Assembly (NCBI RefSeq): GCF_963921235.1
Contig: NC_086106.1
Location: 26,815,592 to 26,848,000 of the forward strand
Direction of reading: 5' to 3'
Source: Mobula hypostoma
Taxonomy: Eukaryota
DNA length: 32,409 bases
Shown here piece by piece: positions 11,886-23,899 of this stretch (position 1 is its first letter; every line of letters starts with the position of its first letter). The notes below the pieces were generated by a model. The model was not told the origin of the DNA. It did no database searches and saw only the letters and a list, made by a program, of their open reading frames with translations. Position numbers and translations under genes: made by a program.

Positions 11886-12477
11886 TTTCAGGTCGTGATA
11901 GAGAATTTATAATCGCTGGACCGTTTTACGTATCGCATCCTGTCGCGAATTCCCATTGTAATTTTTCCAAATGAGCGGATCGTTTGCTTTGTTCAATTGG
12001 TCATTGAATCATTATGTCATAACTACTTACACAACCACTTAACTTAATCGATTCAATTAGGTTAACAAAATATTAAATTCCCTCTGCTGGTTACGTTGAT
12101 GACCGGCTAAGTCAATTAGATTGCCTCTCCCTGGAAATGGTCTGTATATGAGAAAAATAGATACGAAAAGAGTGGCCAGTTGTCGATCAGCAAAGGAATT
12201 ATCCGATTATCTTACATGTAAAGCACTGGGAATGATTTTCTCCAATTGCCAGACGTAAGTAGCTCTGCCAGAATCCCGAAAGAAAGGAAAGAGATTAACG
12301 TTCGAGTGCAGATGCCGCACCGTAACTAACCAATCTGACACTGTCTCCGTCTGTTCTATAAACCCCATATGCTGCCACTCACACTGGCAAAACCTCAATA
12401 TTTCTCTCTAATTATCTTAAACGTTCTTAAAGTTCACAATCGTTAAATATTCACAGCTTGGAAATTAAGCAAGTACT

Positions 12478-12847
12478 TAGAGGTGTATAAGATGATGAGA
12501 GGCATTGATCGTGTAGATCGTCAGAGGACTTTTCCCAGAGCTGAAATGGCTGCCACAAGAGGGCACAGGTTTAAGGTGCTTGGGAGTAGGTACATAAGAG
12601 ATGTCAGGGGAAAGTCTTTTACGCAGAGCGTGGTGAGTGCGTGGAATGGGCTGCCAGCAAAGGCGGTGGAGGCGGATACGATAGGGTCTTTTAAGAGTCT
12701 TTTGTATGGGTACATGGAGCTTAGAAAAATAGAGGGCTATGGGTAACCATCGTAATTTCTAAGGTAGGGACATGTTCGGCACAACTTTGTGGCCGAAAGG
12801 CCTGTATTGTGCTGTAGGTTTTCATGTTTTTTTTTATGCTTCTATGT
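12478..12847 (+). mobile_element. CR1 LINE 3' end fragment
   Basis: ORF 12483-12746 YKMMRGIDRVDRQRTFPRAEMAATRGHRFKVLGSRY..., followed by a 3' UTR and short tandem tail. Same subfamily as 30278-30700. Confidence 0.9.
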
Positions 12848-13439
12848 ATCAAAATGCAAAGGGAATTATCTTGACTGCTGGATAGTAACCCCTCACTGGC
12901 TGAATTGTCTCTCATTTCTGTCAAAATTAACCAAAGTCGTAGTTATTTTGATCCTAAAATACTCAATCCACGGTCATTAAAGGACAGCTCAATCGCAGAT
13001 ATGTGTCGGAGAGAATGGTTAATACCAGGCTGTAATGCTACAGACACAAACCCAATTTCTTCCCATCATGTCCGCAAAGACTCTTTCCAGGGAAATCTTC
13101 TAAATGAAGATCGGGCACCTCCTTCACGCTTCAACTTTTTTTTCCCTACCTACCACCTAATAGGCAACTGCCTCTTTGTCGACCAATCAAATCTGGCTCG
13201 TCTACTTTTTTCAGGCGGGTCATTCCAGATTCCACCGACCACCATGCCAAGAAATAACTTTATTTCTCATAAATGTGGTTTTCTTCATTTATATTTTCAA
13301 CTCTCGTTGGTCATTCCATCAAAAAAGCGGCATAAAAAGCAACTTCTATCTATTCGGTCCAGGCTCCACATCATACACACCAGATCTCAATTTAGTCGTC
13401 TGTTATCCAACACAGCATATTTAGATCATCATCTATTAC

Positions 13440-14525
13440 TGTCATACGGGGGGCATTGATGGTCGGACCCAAATGCAAGGCACAGACACTGAAGTACTTG
13501 GAACTGGACTGGACTAGAGTTAGGGACGGGACTGGACACAGACTAGGAGCTGGCACAGGAACACAGACTTGGGCTAGGACCTTGGCTAGGAAAGCAGGAC
13601 CAGGACAAAGAACTGGGAACTAGGAGCCTGGGCTTGTACTCGGAGCCAGAGACTGGACAGGGACCTAGAACCTGGGTCTTGACTCGGGCTCGGACCCCGG
13701 ATCTAGGCGAGGGCATGACGTGGCTACAGGACTGGACGCAGTCTTGGGTTCTTCGAGGCTCGGCTTGGTTAGGCTCTTGAGTACGGAGCCAAGACTGCTT
13801 CTTAGAGCACAGGGCCGGGACCGTTCCTCGGACGCAGGGCCTGGATGCTTTCGCTGGGCCGGGCCTTTTCCTTGGACGTCGGGCCGGGATGACTGCCGAG
13901 GTCAACCGCCGAGGAAACTGTCAGGGATTCAGATGGAGAGAGGAAGGGAACAGTCTAGCCTCAGGGTAACGGCAAAGACGGCCTGGCTTACCCCCACAGA
14001 GGCATAGACAGGAAGGGACAGATCCCACCGTAGCGTAACAGCAAATATCTCCTGACTTACTCAACGAGGCGAGGATAGGAAAGGACAGATCCAACCGCAG
14101 AGTAACGGCAAAGTCGGCCTGAGTTGCCCCACGGAGGCTAGGACAGAAAGGGAGCTCAATCTGGACGAGTCTCGGGGCGGCCAGCAACCGTTGTTGGGCT
14201 CTGAAACGGCCGAATCCATACCACGATGACTGCTCCGACGAGAGACAGCAAGGCTCCATGAAGCGGTGGTCCTCCAACCAGGCCTAAAGAACACGAATGG
14301 CTGCTCTAGCCTTCCACCGGCGGGTTGCTCCAAGGGGATACTGACAAGACGAACGAGCACCCACACTCGATCCCAGGGGCCACTTATATACCCAACCCCA
14401 AGAGGAGAATCGGGTGCCTGTGATTAAGCCCAACTAAAACAAGGGCCAGCCGGAAGACCCGGAGTCCGGAGTCCACGGTCCGAACCGTGAACCCGAGCTC
14501 CGACTTCACGGACCGGACCTTGACA
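13440..14525. mobile_element. Solo LTR (1086 bp), same family as 8826-10906
   Basis: Ends TGTCA...TGACA. Perfect 5-bp TSD ATTAC at 13435-13439 and 14526-14530. Shares long blocks with 8826-9610 and the terminal TCACGGACCGGACC(A/T)TGACA. Confidence 0.9.
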
Positions 14526-14540
14526 ATTACACAAGGAACA

Positions 14541-15135
14541 ATAGAATAAAATAGAATAGAATATCTTTATTGTCATTGTTGTGGAGCAATGAAACACAGT
14601 TTAGCAGCTCAACGTTTTGCAGCATGACAAAGAATATATACATAAAATAAACTCTAAAACCTGAGGGATGCAGTCCAAAATTAATAATATATGGATGGGG
14701 TGTGGGTAGGACTATTGCACACCTGCCATTCCTGGAAGTGTGATGCATTTAGCTGCCGCCATCTTAGGAGGGGGGTAGGATAAGGGAAGCGGGTGTTATA
14801 CATTTCACTGCTTGTGGGTAGAAGCTGTTAAGGAGTCTCTTTGTTTTTGTCCTTAATGCTCTGTACCTCTTCCCAGAAGGTAGAGGGGAAAACAGGTGAT
14901 GTCCAGGATGAGTAGGATCCTTTGAAATACACGTAGCCTTCTTTTGAAGTCTGCCAGTATAAATGTCTCTGAGGGAGGATAATGTTGTGCCAATAACCCG
15001 CTCTGCTACCCTCACCACCCGCTGCAAGTCCTTCCTGTCCTGTTCTGTGCAGCTGGCAAACCACACTGCACAGCAGTACGTCAGGAGTCTCTATATAGTT
15101 GTCCGATAGAAGTTGATCAGCAACTGATGAGGGAG
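14541..15135 (-). mobile_element. Rex1/Babar-type LINE 3' fragment
   Basis: Minus ORF WFASCTEQDRKDLQRVVRVAERVIG...KDPTHPGHHLFSPLPSGKRYRALRTKTKRLLNSFYPQAV is the typical C-terminal region. 3' tail with AATAAA and short (TATTC)n repeats at about 14541-14570. Confidence 0.8.
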
Positions 15136-16934
15136 GAGGGCGTGCTTTAGCTTCACCTAAGCAATTCACCTAAATCTCCCGTAGATCCGTTTTACTGCAA
15201 TATTCAGGCGACAGGAATTTAAAACGGTGCTACAAAGCAAGCAGATTGGACGTTTTAAAATATTTTGTACAGATCAATGTGAATATTCAGCAGATTCATT
15301 TGAACAGACAAACGTCCTCACTGTGAGTGATTGTTACTCGCTGTTTACTTCAGTGCGGTATCATCTCTTTCATTCTATCAGAAAGCATTTAGGAGTAAAT
15401 GTTTTCCATTCCCAAATAACAACACACAGCCCCGACAGATGAGTACTGATTTCTGCGCCAAATATCCTCAACAGATATATATATATTTTTTTTTTCTATT
15501 TACAAGCTCCAGGGAAGAACTGAAACATCATGTAGATTTCAGTCTGATCCAACTTAACTGATATCGTTACGTTACCTGGGACCGCAAAAGCCGCTAGAAT
15601 TGGGTAGTAATAGTATTCGTATGGTAGGTGCGTATTGTGAATCATTTCATGTCGAGGTGACCACAACGCGCAGGCAATCAAATTGGATTCCGCTACTCTA
15701 TGAATTGGGTATCTGTAGATGTGCATATTTATTCTGTAGGTAAAAACGATTTGGGAATAGGAGATCATCTCCCTGCGGATTTCTATTCCAAATAAGTGTT
15801 CAGCTCCGTGTTAGGTATAGTAATCCTTTTCATTATTACGACCGCTACTTACACAAACACCAGCTGAACGCCAGCGAGACAATACAACTCCGAAATTGCA
15901 TTTTTATTTACATTTCAAATATCCATGCATTCCAGCTTATTTGGGTGTACAGAGCTATCGTGGAAATATGAATATGAACATCGAAACCAAATTAGTTGAT
16001 GTAATGTATCTCTGACCTCGTGTATCCCAGTGCCCGAGTATAACTCAAACTCTATTCCTGCAATCGCTTTCTATACTATTAACAAAACACCAAAAGCAGA
16101 GATTCGGTTTTATTTCAATGAGTGAGTGTGTGTACATGCAGGGAAGCTACCTGTGGGGTAGAATCCGATGTGCTAACATGAGAATCAATATCAGAATCAG
16201 TTCAATACGTCGCGAAATCAGATTTTTTGATGATGTAGAAGGACTGTAGGTGGAAAGTTAAATTTGCCCGGGTTCGCAACATTTTTCTGGTAAATATCTG
16301 CTCTCTCTCAACAAATTCGCTACTCTACTTCTTGTCGACTAACTCTAGTAATGTAATCAGCCATCTCCTTTTTCTCAGTTACACCATGTAGCTACAGTAG
16401 ATAAGTCAACCTGTGTGTCCTGTCTGAGCATTGCAAAGCATTTCGCTGAATGTCACCATTACACTTAGATACTTTGCCTCTGTCAAGTGTTAAACAAATG
16501 GAAAGCCGGAACACTGAGCTGCCTGTCCGGCCCCTCCTGCAACCAGGTGTCACTAATGGCTACAGTATCACAATTTATACTCGAAGCTCATCTGCCTTAC
16601 CTTCAATACTTTGCTTTAATAGGCACAACTCTGAACATTCGTCCTGCAATGCTCGAAAAGGCAGGAGAGAGTCTGGAGATGGAGAGAGGTCAGAAGGCTC
16701 TCTTGTTCTCTTATTTTGCACCTCAATCCGTCCGAACGCCAAACAGAAACTGCACTAACCAGTAAGGGATTTTGCTACTGGGCGTGAGAGTGAGTAGGTC
16801 AAGAAAAAATCCAGGAAAATTTGAAAAAAAAAAACATAGTAACTTAGCAGGCAGAAGAGCTTCTAGTGAGAGAGAAATTGAATTAATATTTCAGAGCCTC
16901 CAACAGAACCTGGACAGGTGGGGCACTCTCCAAT

Positions 16935-17215
16935 CCCATCCTTTCTTCCTCTCTCTTTCTTTCTCTCTCTCTCTCTCCCACTCTCTCTGTCATTAACCTC
17001 TGTTTCCAAACTCTCCCTTTCTTACCCTCCCTACCGCATTTTCCCCAACCTTCCCTTTCCTCCCTTCACCACTGTCAAGTACACTCTTCCTCTTTCACAC
17101 CGTCTCTCTCCCTCTATTTCTGCCATTCCCTTCTCTCATTCAACATTCCCTCTGTCCCCTTCTTTTCACTGTGACCTCCAACCCTCCATAGGTTCCCATT
17201 TCTTCCCCTGCCCCC
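16935..17215 (+). repeat. CT-rich polypyrimidine tract
   Basis: Low-complexity (CT)n-like sequence seen directly. Confidence 0.8.
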
Positions 17216-17739
17216 ACCGAACGTTCCGGAACGGAAACTGTACTCTCCACAGACATCACCGGCCCTGACGCCTCTTGTGCCTATCAAGATCGTGCATTTT
17301 TGAGAGTTTGATTGTAATTGGAATGCTGGCACAGGGTGTAGGGGAGGTGGATTTAATTCACTGGAGAAAACCAGTGTCCCTGAGAAACACGTGGTGGATC
17401 TGTTGGAAGTTAGGGACATAAATCCTGTCGTCCGGAAGCCACGGGAACGACTGGGCTGAAATCAAAAGCACGTTCGTCCCAGTGACCTGCAGGAGGAGGG
17501 TGGGAGGAAGGGGTGTCATACGGGTATCTTACCACAACATCCTGAAAAGGGGCCTGGTCTCCCACCTGTAGCATCACCGAGCACCTATGGGGGCGGAAAA
17601 ACAAAGGAAGTGAGCACATGCTGGCGGTTCAAAGGTCACGACCTCGGTAAGGGTGAATTGGACCACCAACGATGTCGACCTTTCACCCTAGTGTTTGGTT
17701 GGGGGTGCAAAGCCCCGGAGAAGGAGAGTGAACCCTGAC

Positions 17740-18250
17740 CCTCTTCCTGTGCATTTATTTTTTCCTTTCCAACGCACATTCTCTTCATATTTTATTCTAT
17801 TTCTTCCCGTATCTCTCTCGGCCCCTTTCGCACCATCTTCATTTTTTCTCTTTCACTCCCATTGCTCTTCCTTACCCTTTTTTAAAATATTTTCCTTCAT
17901 TTCCTCATCGCTCTCCATCACACCATGTCTCTCCCTCGCCATCTCTTCTTCCTTCCATCTCTCTATCCATCCCCCTTTCTATTCCATCTCTTTCCGTCCT
18001 TACTTGTCTCTCCCTCTATCTCCGCGCACTTTAACCCTCCATCTCCCTTTTCTCAGTCCATCTTCCCCCTTCCGTGTTTCTCCCATCTCTGTCCCTCACT
18101 CTCACACTTTCACTCCTCTTTCACTTCCAACCACACATCTCTCCCTCCTTCTGCTCATCTTTTTCCTTTCCCCGCCCACATACCTCTCTGTCCCCCATTT
18201 CTCATTTTCTCTCTTCTCCATCCCTCCACTGTACCAGATCATACATTTTG
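17740..18250 (+). repeat. CT-rich polypyrimidine tract
   Basis: Low-complexity pyrimidine-rich sequence. The Ser/Leu/Phe/Pro-rich ORFs here are compositional artefacts. Confidence 0.8.
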
Positions 18251-18494
18251 ATTTCAACCCAAACCACACAAGACCTAGCTAGTGGACGTGGAGAAACACA
18301 AAGTTTCTACTGCGCTCCATGTCTCTGCCCAGCCTCTTGTAGGGACTGACAGTGATCAATGCAGTAAGACGCAGGATGTGGTGGTGAGAGAAGGACGACA
18401 CTGTGTCTTAGTAAGCGAGAGATCAGAAATAAAAATCCATACTTCAGAGACCTACCGTCCTCTTGATCGATGTCCAGGTCCTGGCATCTGAAGA

Positions 18495-18810
18495 GAATGG
18501 GAGAAGGAGGAGAAGGCATGGGGTCGTATTTAGATGGGGGAGAGAAAGGTACGAAGAGGTAGAAAGACTGAGGGAGAGGATGGAGAGGAAAGACGGTGAT
18601 GTGAAAGGGAGAGTAAGGGAAGGAAAGAGAAGTCTGGGATGTAGAGGGACAGATGAGGAGTGAAGGATATATAGGAGAAGAGAGAGACGGAGGGAGGCTA
18701 GAGAGGCAAGGCAGGGAAAGAGAGAGAGACGGAGTGGGAAAGAGGCAGTGACAGGAGAGAGCGACGGTTGAGAAAGAGGGAGATGGGACGGTAGAGCGAT
18801 GGGGAAGTAG
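18495..18810 (+). repeat. GA-rich polypurine tract
   Basis: Low-complexity purine-rich sequence seen directly. Confidence 0.8.
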
Positions 18811-19395
18811 AAAGAAGTCATGTTGCAACTCTACAAATCTCTGGTGAAACCACACTGAGAGTATTTCGTTCAGTTCTGGTCACCTCATTATAAGACGGAT
18901 GTGGAAGCTATGTAGACGTTGCAGAGGAGATTTACCAGGATGTTGCCTGGATTGGAAAACAAGTCTAATGGGGCAAGGTTAGCAGAGCTGGGACTTTTCT
19001 CGTTGTAGCGTAAAAGGATGAGAGGGAACTTGATAAAGCTCTACAAGATTACGAGAGGGTTAGAAAGGGAGGATAGCCAGTACCTGTTTCACAGGTCACG
19101 AGTAGCGAACACCAGAGGGCAAGTGTACAAAGTTAAGGGAGGTAAGTTTAGGGGCGACATCAGGGGTAGGTTTCTCCACAAAGGATTGTAGGTGCCTGGA
19201 ATGACTTGCCAGGGATGCTGGTGGAGGCTAAAATATTAGGGGTATTTGCCTCTTGGACAGGCACATGGATGAAAGAAAAATAGAGGGTTACGTGGTAGTG
19301 TGGGTTTAGTACCTTTTTTTAGGAATGTTAGGCTCAACATCAAGGGTCGAAGGGCCTGTACTGTGCTGTAGTATTCTAGTGTCTAGTGTCTAGTG
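18808..19395 (+). mobile_element. CR1 LINE 3' fragment with (TCTAGTG)n tail
   Basis: Degenerate VMLQLYKSLVKPH...QFWSPHYK...QRRFTRMLPG coding remnant, CR1 3' UTR, and terminal tandem TCTAGTG x3. Confidence 0.85.
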
Positions 19396-19499
19396 AAAGG
19401 GGATAGAGAGACATAGACTGTGAGGTTTAAAATAATCGGGAAGAGATGTAATTCCCGTGCTCGCAAACAGAAAGTACGGGTAATAATAATACGAAGTAA

Positions 19500-21130
19500 T
19501 CATACACTGGACCATATATAAAGAAGAATTGAGCATTTGTTTTTGCTTTCATAAGCAAAATCAAATCTGACGTACTTGAATACAGGAAATTAACAGAACA
19601 CTGACAGTTAGTTGATGCTCTTTGTGAATACTGATTGATCTTTTAGTTTAGTTTGTGGAATTTTACGAGAGAACTTTCAAAAACATTTGCTGGTAACTAA
19701 AACACAGCTTATATTTAAAAGAACAGTTAACATGAATGTATCAATGAAAACCGCAGCAGAGACGCAATTCAGTTGCGGTCCTGTATGAAATTGAGCGTGA
19801 AAAATTTACAACGTCTTAGCAGAATCGTGCCTGCTGAATAAATTGTGTTTCCGTTTTTGTAGGGGCTCAGACACATCAGAGGAATGCAACTTTAAGGATG
19901 AAAGTTGCAGAGGTATGCAACAAGGTAAGGCATGTCGGGCAAACAGGAATAAACGGACTGCACAGGGAAGAGCAAGAGATTAAAAAGTCAAGTTTCAGTT
20001 TCCAAAAGAGCACCAATCAGCCTGACTTTGTCGAAAAAGTCTAATCAGAAAGAGTCAACGGACGTGTAGCTTTGGGATTTACAGCCTCTAAACTAACAGG
20101 AGACAATCGATCAGGGATAAACAGAATAGAACGGTAAATCAATTAAAATTGATTGACACACTCGCTCGGCTGCGACAGTCATCCTTTCAAATGAGCGTGA
20201 AAAAGAAGCTTACAGATATTCAACCTATTGTGGAGACCAGATAGCTACTGTATGAATGAATCAGTAAAGGAAAATGCAACAGTCAACAAGACTAGCAATG
20301 TGGGTCGCTTTTGGCTGAGAGGACTACAACTTGATTAGAGATGCATCCAGCGTTTGTTTGCCAAATCCCTGCAATGTCAACTGAAAGTGAAGTAAGAAAG
20401 ATACTGGATAATGCCACAACAGTCTTCAGTAGATTTTGGAAAGTTCTAGCAGATCAAGAGTAAAGTAGTATCAACTGAATATTTCACACACTAGCTATAC
20501 ATAGCATTTCCGTTCTTTGCACCATCCCCAGTTTGCAGTGTAAAATCTTCTAACCAACACTGGGTTGTGAACCAGGTTACCCTCATTAATGATCATCAAT
20601 TATTCATGTCTATTCTAAATCCAGATAAGCATGTTTCACTGTGGGTAGCGATACGACTACAGAGACAAACAGCTGAGACAAACGGAAAACTCCTCAAACA
20701 AGGCGCATTATGTTTCAGTTCGAGGCAAATAGTCCTGGTGAGGAAATATGTTGGTGATCAAAAGCGAGTGTCTGAAAAGATTAAGAGCAGAACTGGATCA
20801 TTCTCCTGGACAGTAGAGATTATGTTCTATATCCACCGGAGACGACACATTGAACAATTCGGGAGATCAGAAACAACAGATGGAGGAGAAAGGACTCCAG
20901 TGAAGTCAGAAAAGCTTTCTTCATTCCCAGACTCAATGCCTATCATCCCCAAAGAGGAGGCCCCGAGCCTGATATTGGTTTATTGCAGCAAATTTTACCT
21001 GTCAGGTACGTTTATACTCCCACTACCCTTGACAAGAAAGAAGATATCCCACAGGTATAGAAAATTATTGAGAGAGATTAAACCTGCAGGATTAAAGGGG
21101 GCAATTCAAACTTTACTGTGCTATGGCTGT
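19500..21130 (+). mobile_element. Heavily decayed Ty3/Gypsy gag-pol relic with large internal deletions
   Basis: Gag-like stretch near 19670-19730, degenerate zinc-knuckle region (CNFKDESCR) near 19885-19935, and an RNase H C-terminal motif remnant (VTLINDHQLFMSILNPDK...VAIRLQR) at 20570-20670. Boundaries approximate. Confidence 0.55.
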
Positions 21131-21599
21131 TAATAGTTCAAATATATTGCTTGAACAAGCATTCTTTGTGTGGTTACATAACTGATTACATGTTTCATAA
21201 CATTAAGTGTATAAACGGCAAAAGTCATTACACCGCCCCATGAAAAGAAAACGCGAAGTAGGGACGCTTTCGTTGCTTCCGTTTGTTTCCTTAGATTATT
21301 TTTGACTCAATAAGAATGAAATCGGATATGAATCACCGAGTGTTCCTTGGAGCCAGTTGGTGTGATGAACGCCGTCTTCCACTCATCTCCCTAGCGATCT
21401 ATAGAACCAGTTTGGTGAAGATCAGATCATTGGCAATATTTTAATGCACCATCCATCAAATGGTAAGTTTAGCATTCTTAATATTGATTTTGCGAAGTAT
21501 AAAGTAGTGAATGCATGGATGAACACCACAATTTATTTTCTTTTCTTACACTTAATGCCTCTTCACCGGGGCTGAGGACTGGGATTTTTTAATGCAGAT

Positions 21600-23460
21600 A
21601 TTCCGTAGTGCATAGGAGATATAATCTTCAAGGCTCGGGTCTCAGGATGGGAGAGGTACAACAGACAAATTAGGGAAGGGTGATTCCCAGGAGGTGTGAT
21701 CGGTGAGGCAGCAGAATGCAGACTTTGATTTTACTGAAGGCAATGGCTAAGTAAGTGTATTCCTGTGGGAATTTGATAAGGTCGTGAGATTTACCGGGTG
21801 AAGTCAAATGAAGTTGCAGGCAGATGGCTTCCCCAGCTCTTCAGTGAGCCGGATTACTAGGCGAAATGAGGGTAGCAACTCAAAATGAAATGACTTTTGG
21901 TTGAGTCGATAAGTACGAATTTGTGGACATGACCCACTCTCCGATGCTCAAGTCCACAGGTCTTTTGGGCGTTTTGACCTTCCTCGACCCAACGGGAAGT
22001 GCATCATGTTCCGTTTATGCAGAGGGGGTAGAAATCAGCTGGATAGGGAGTCGAACTTGCACACAGAGAGTCATTTCCATAAAGTTGCCTACTGCACGGT
22101 GTCCATTATGGACTTCTATACACGTAGAGCGGTCGATGTGTGGAGGAAGACCGAGTGAGAGAATCAGGCTTCGTTAGTGGAAGGACAAAGAAGGAAACTC
22201 GACTCCACCTGCTTGTGCCGTTTCCTGGACGAAGTGGAAGAAGGATGTGTGGGTGATCGGAAGCTGCGCAGTAAGGGAAAATTATGTTACTGCACTAGTC
22301 CCTCATACCCTTGGGGGTGGGAGCTGTATGGGTCTGGGCATTAAGCGATCACCTGCTACCAAAGTTGGTTCTGTACGCCTTGATGATGAGGATCCTGCAG
22401 CCTGAAATATTTGTGGGAACGAAGCAAGCTTTCTGGGTGATATTTTAGAGGGTCGTACCATCAGCAAGTTGTAAATTATGATAGCTAGAGTTTAGACGTA
22501 TTTGTGTTCGTTGGGCTTCTCACTGGTGTACAAATCCCATAGTCGCCCTGATATACTCTGATGCTAACAGGCGAATAGCGTGACCGCAATCTAGTCCGAA
22601 AACCGAGGATGTCATCGAGAACCGAGCATGAAACACAGCAGGCGAAGTATATGATATTCCAATCACTGTCTGCTTCCTTGATGGTCGAATAGCGGACGCA
22701 ACTCATCAGTGTATTAGTAATATTTATTTCAAATAACTGTATTATTTTCCCAATTAAAGGTGGTCCCGACGGAGTCGCCAAGTTTTCACAGAGATTAGGA
22801 GGGCTGTCTTGGTTCTGTACATGGAATACAGAGATGGCAGGAGCTCGAAGTGTAAGATGCACCCGGACAGCAAGTTCCAACATCGTATTGCAGATCTGTT
22901 GAAGCGTTCGTGTGTGGCAACGTTCTTCTCAGAGCTAGGAGGTAGAATGGCGTGGTGTTTCTGTTGCGATATGAAAGGGTGTTTGAAATTACCGATCAAG
23001 TGATCAATGGTTACTGCTACTTTCAGATCGTGTGCTCCTGTCGACGGTTGATTTTCTTTAGTCGACCATATTTTATTGGGTCAATAACTGGTTCACCCAT
23101 CCTGTCAGAAATGTAGAACAGGCTTCAGCTAAAAACCAGAGCAGCGGATGCGACTTACCAGTACAGTAAACGCCCACGCCAATCTGAACATAACACATCC
23201 AAATATTCAATTGAAGATAGAGATGGAGAAGAATAGTTGACTCCCGATCGTGGGCATTCTAATACGACTGACACCGGATGCTAGCATTGGGGATGGTGTC
23301 TATTGGATGCCAAATAACACGGATTTATACTTCAAAATTATAGTCGCCATCACGCATCGCAACGGAGAGCAGTGTTTTCAATGTTGATTAACCATGGGAA
23401 AACTATATCGGAACAGGAGACAATTGAGCACGATTTTCCTGCAGAATGCTTATCATGGGA
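21600..23460 (-). mobile_element. Very old L1/Tx1-like LINE ORF2 relic
   Basis: Minus-strand remnants resemble RT motifs: a GTRQGCPLSP-like stretch near 22790-22820 and a KISLYADD-like stretch (NIIYFACC) near 22640-22670. Low identity; boundaries uncertain. Confidence 0.45.
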
Positions 23461-23899
23461 ATTAAATTACTCGGGGCCTTAAAAGGGAAGACGGAACTAA
23501 AACAGGGCACATCATATCTTGGAAAAATCTACCGCCTATCTTTCCTATTTCCGCGTTGGTTCTCAAAGGTCTCCAGGATCCAGTAAAGTCTCCAAGTAAG
23601 GGCATCCGGCGCAACATTCTCAAAGTTTCGATTGCTGACATTGTCTGAAATGTTAACAACGCCTGTCTTTCTACCATCTTTTCTTACACGCTACCGCCCA
23701 ACACTAGCAAATCTTCAGAATAGCATATTGCTTCCTTTCTAATTTAATTGCGAACCGTCTGTTCTGTAGAGGATGCACTTTCCCTGGAAGAGGGAATAAT
23801 CCAAAGATCTCACGTACTCCCTCATAGACCAGCTCCTTATTTAAGTGTATCATTTCCAACTTCTGGCCTCACGAGGACGTGGCACAGGGAACAATGCTG

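Noticed and set aside
12905-13459. 184-aa ORF
   Set aside because: Non-ATG start, no recognisable domain or splice structure, and it runs into the LTR.
13543-14366. Several 95-120 aa ORFs on both strands
   Set aside because: They lie inside a GC-rich solo LTR and have no protein motifs.
15319-15325. Isolated CACTGTG heptamer
   Set aside because: No nonamer at either spacing in either orientation.
15571-15625. Minus-strand YEYYYYPILAAFAVPG|GTAAC resembling a J segment with a donor site
   Set aside because: No GxG motif and no heptamer-spacer-nonamer upstream.
16450-16765. Overlapping ORFs with a TLSCL motif suggestive of an Ig constant domain
   Set aside because: No properly spaced Trp or second Cys, and no convincing exon boundaries.
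17695-18855. Long Ser/Leu/Pro/Phe-rich and Arg/Glu/Gly-rich ORFs
   Set aside because: Artefacts of CT/GA low-complexity tracts, which lack stop codons.
20567-21133. 188-aa ORF as a functional gene
   Set aside because: Only its N-terminus resembles a degenerate Gypsy RNase H end; the rest appears to be frameshifted retroelement sequence.
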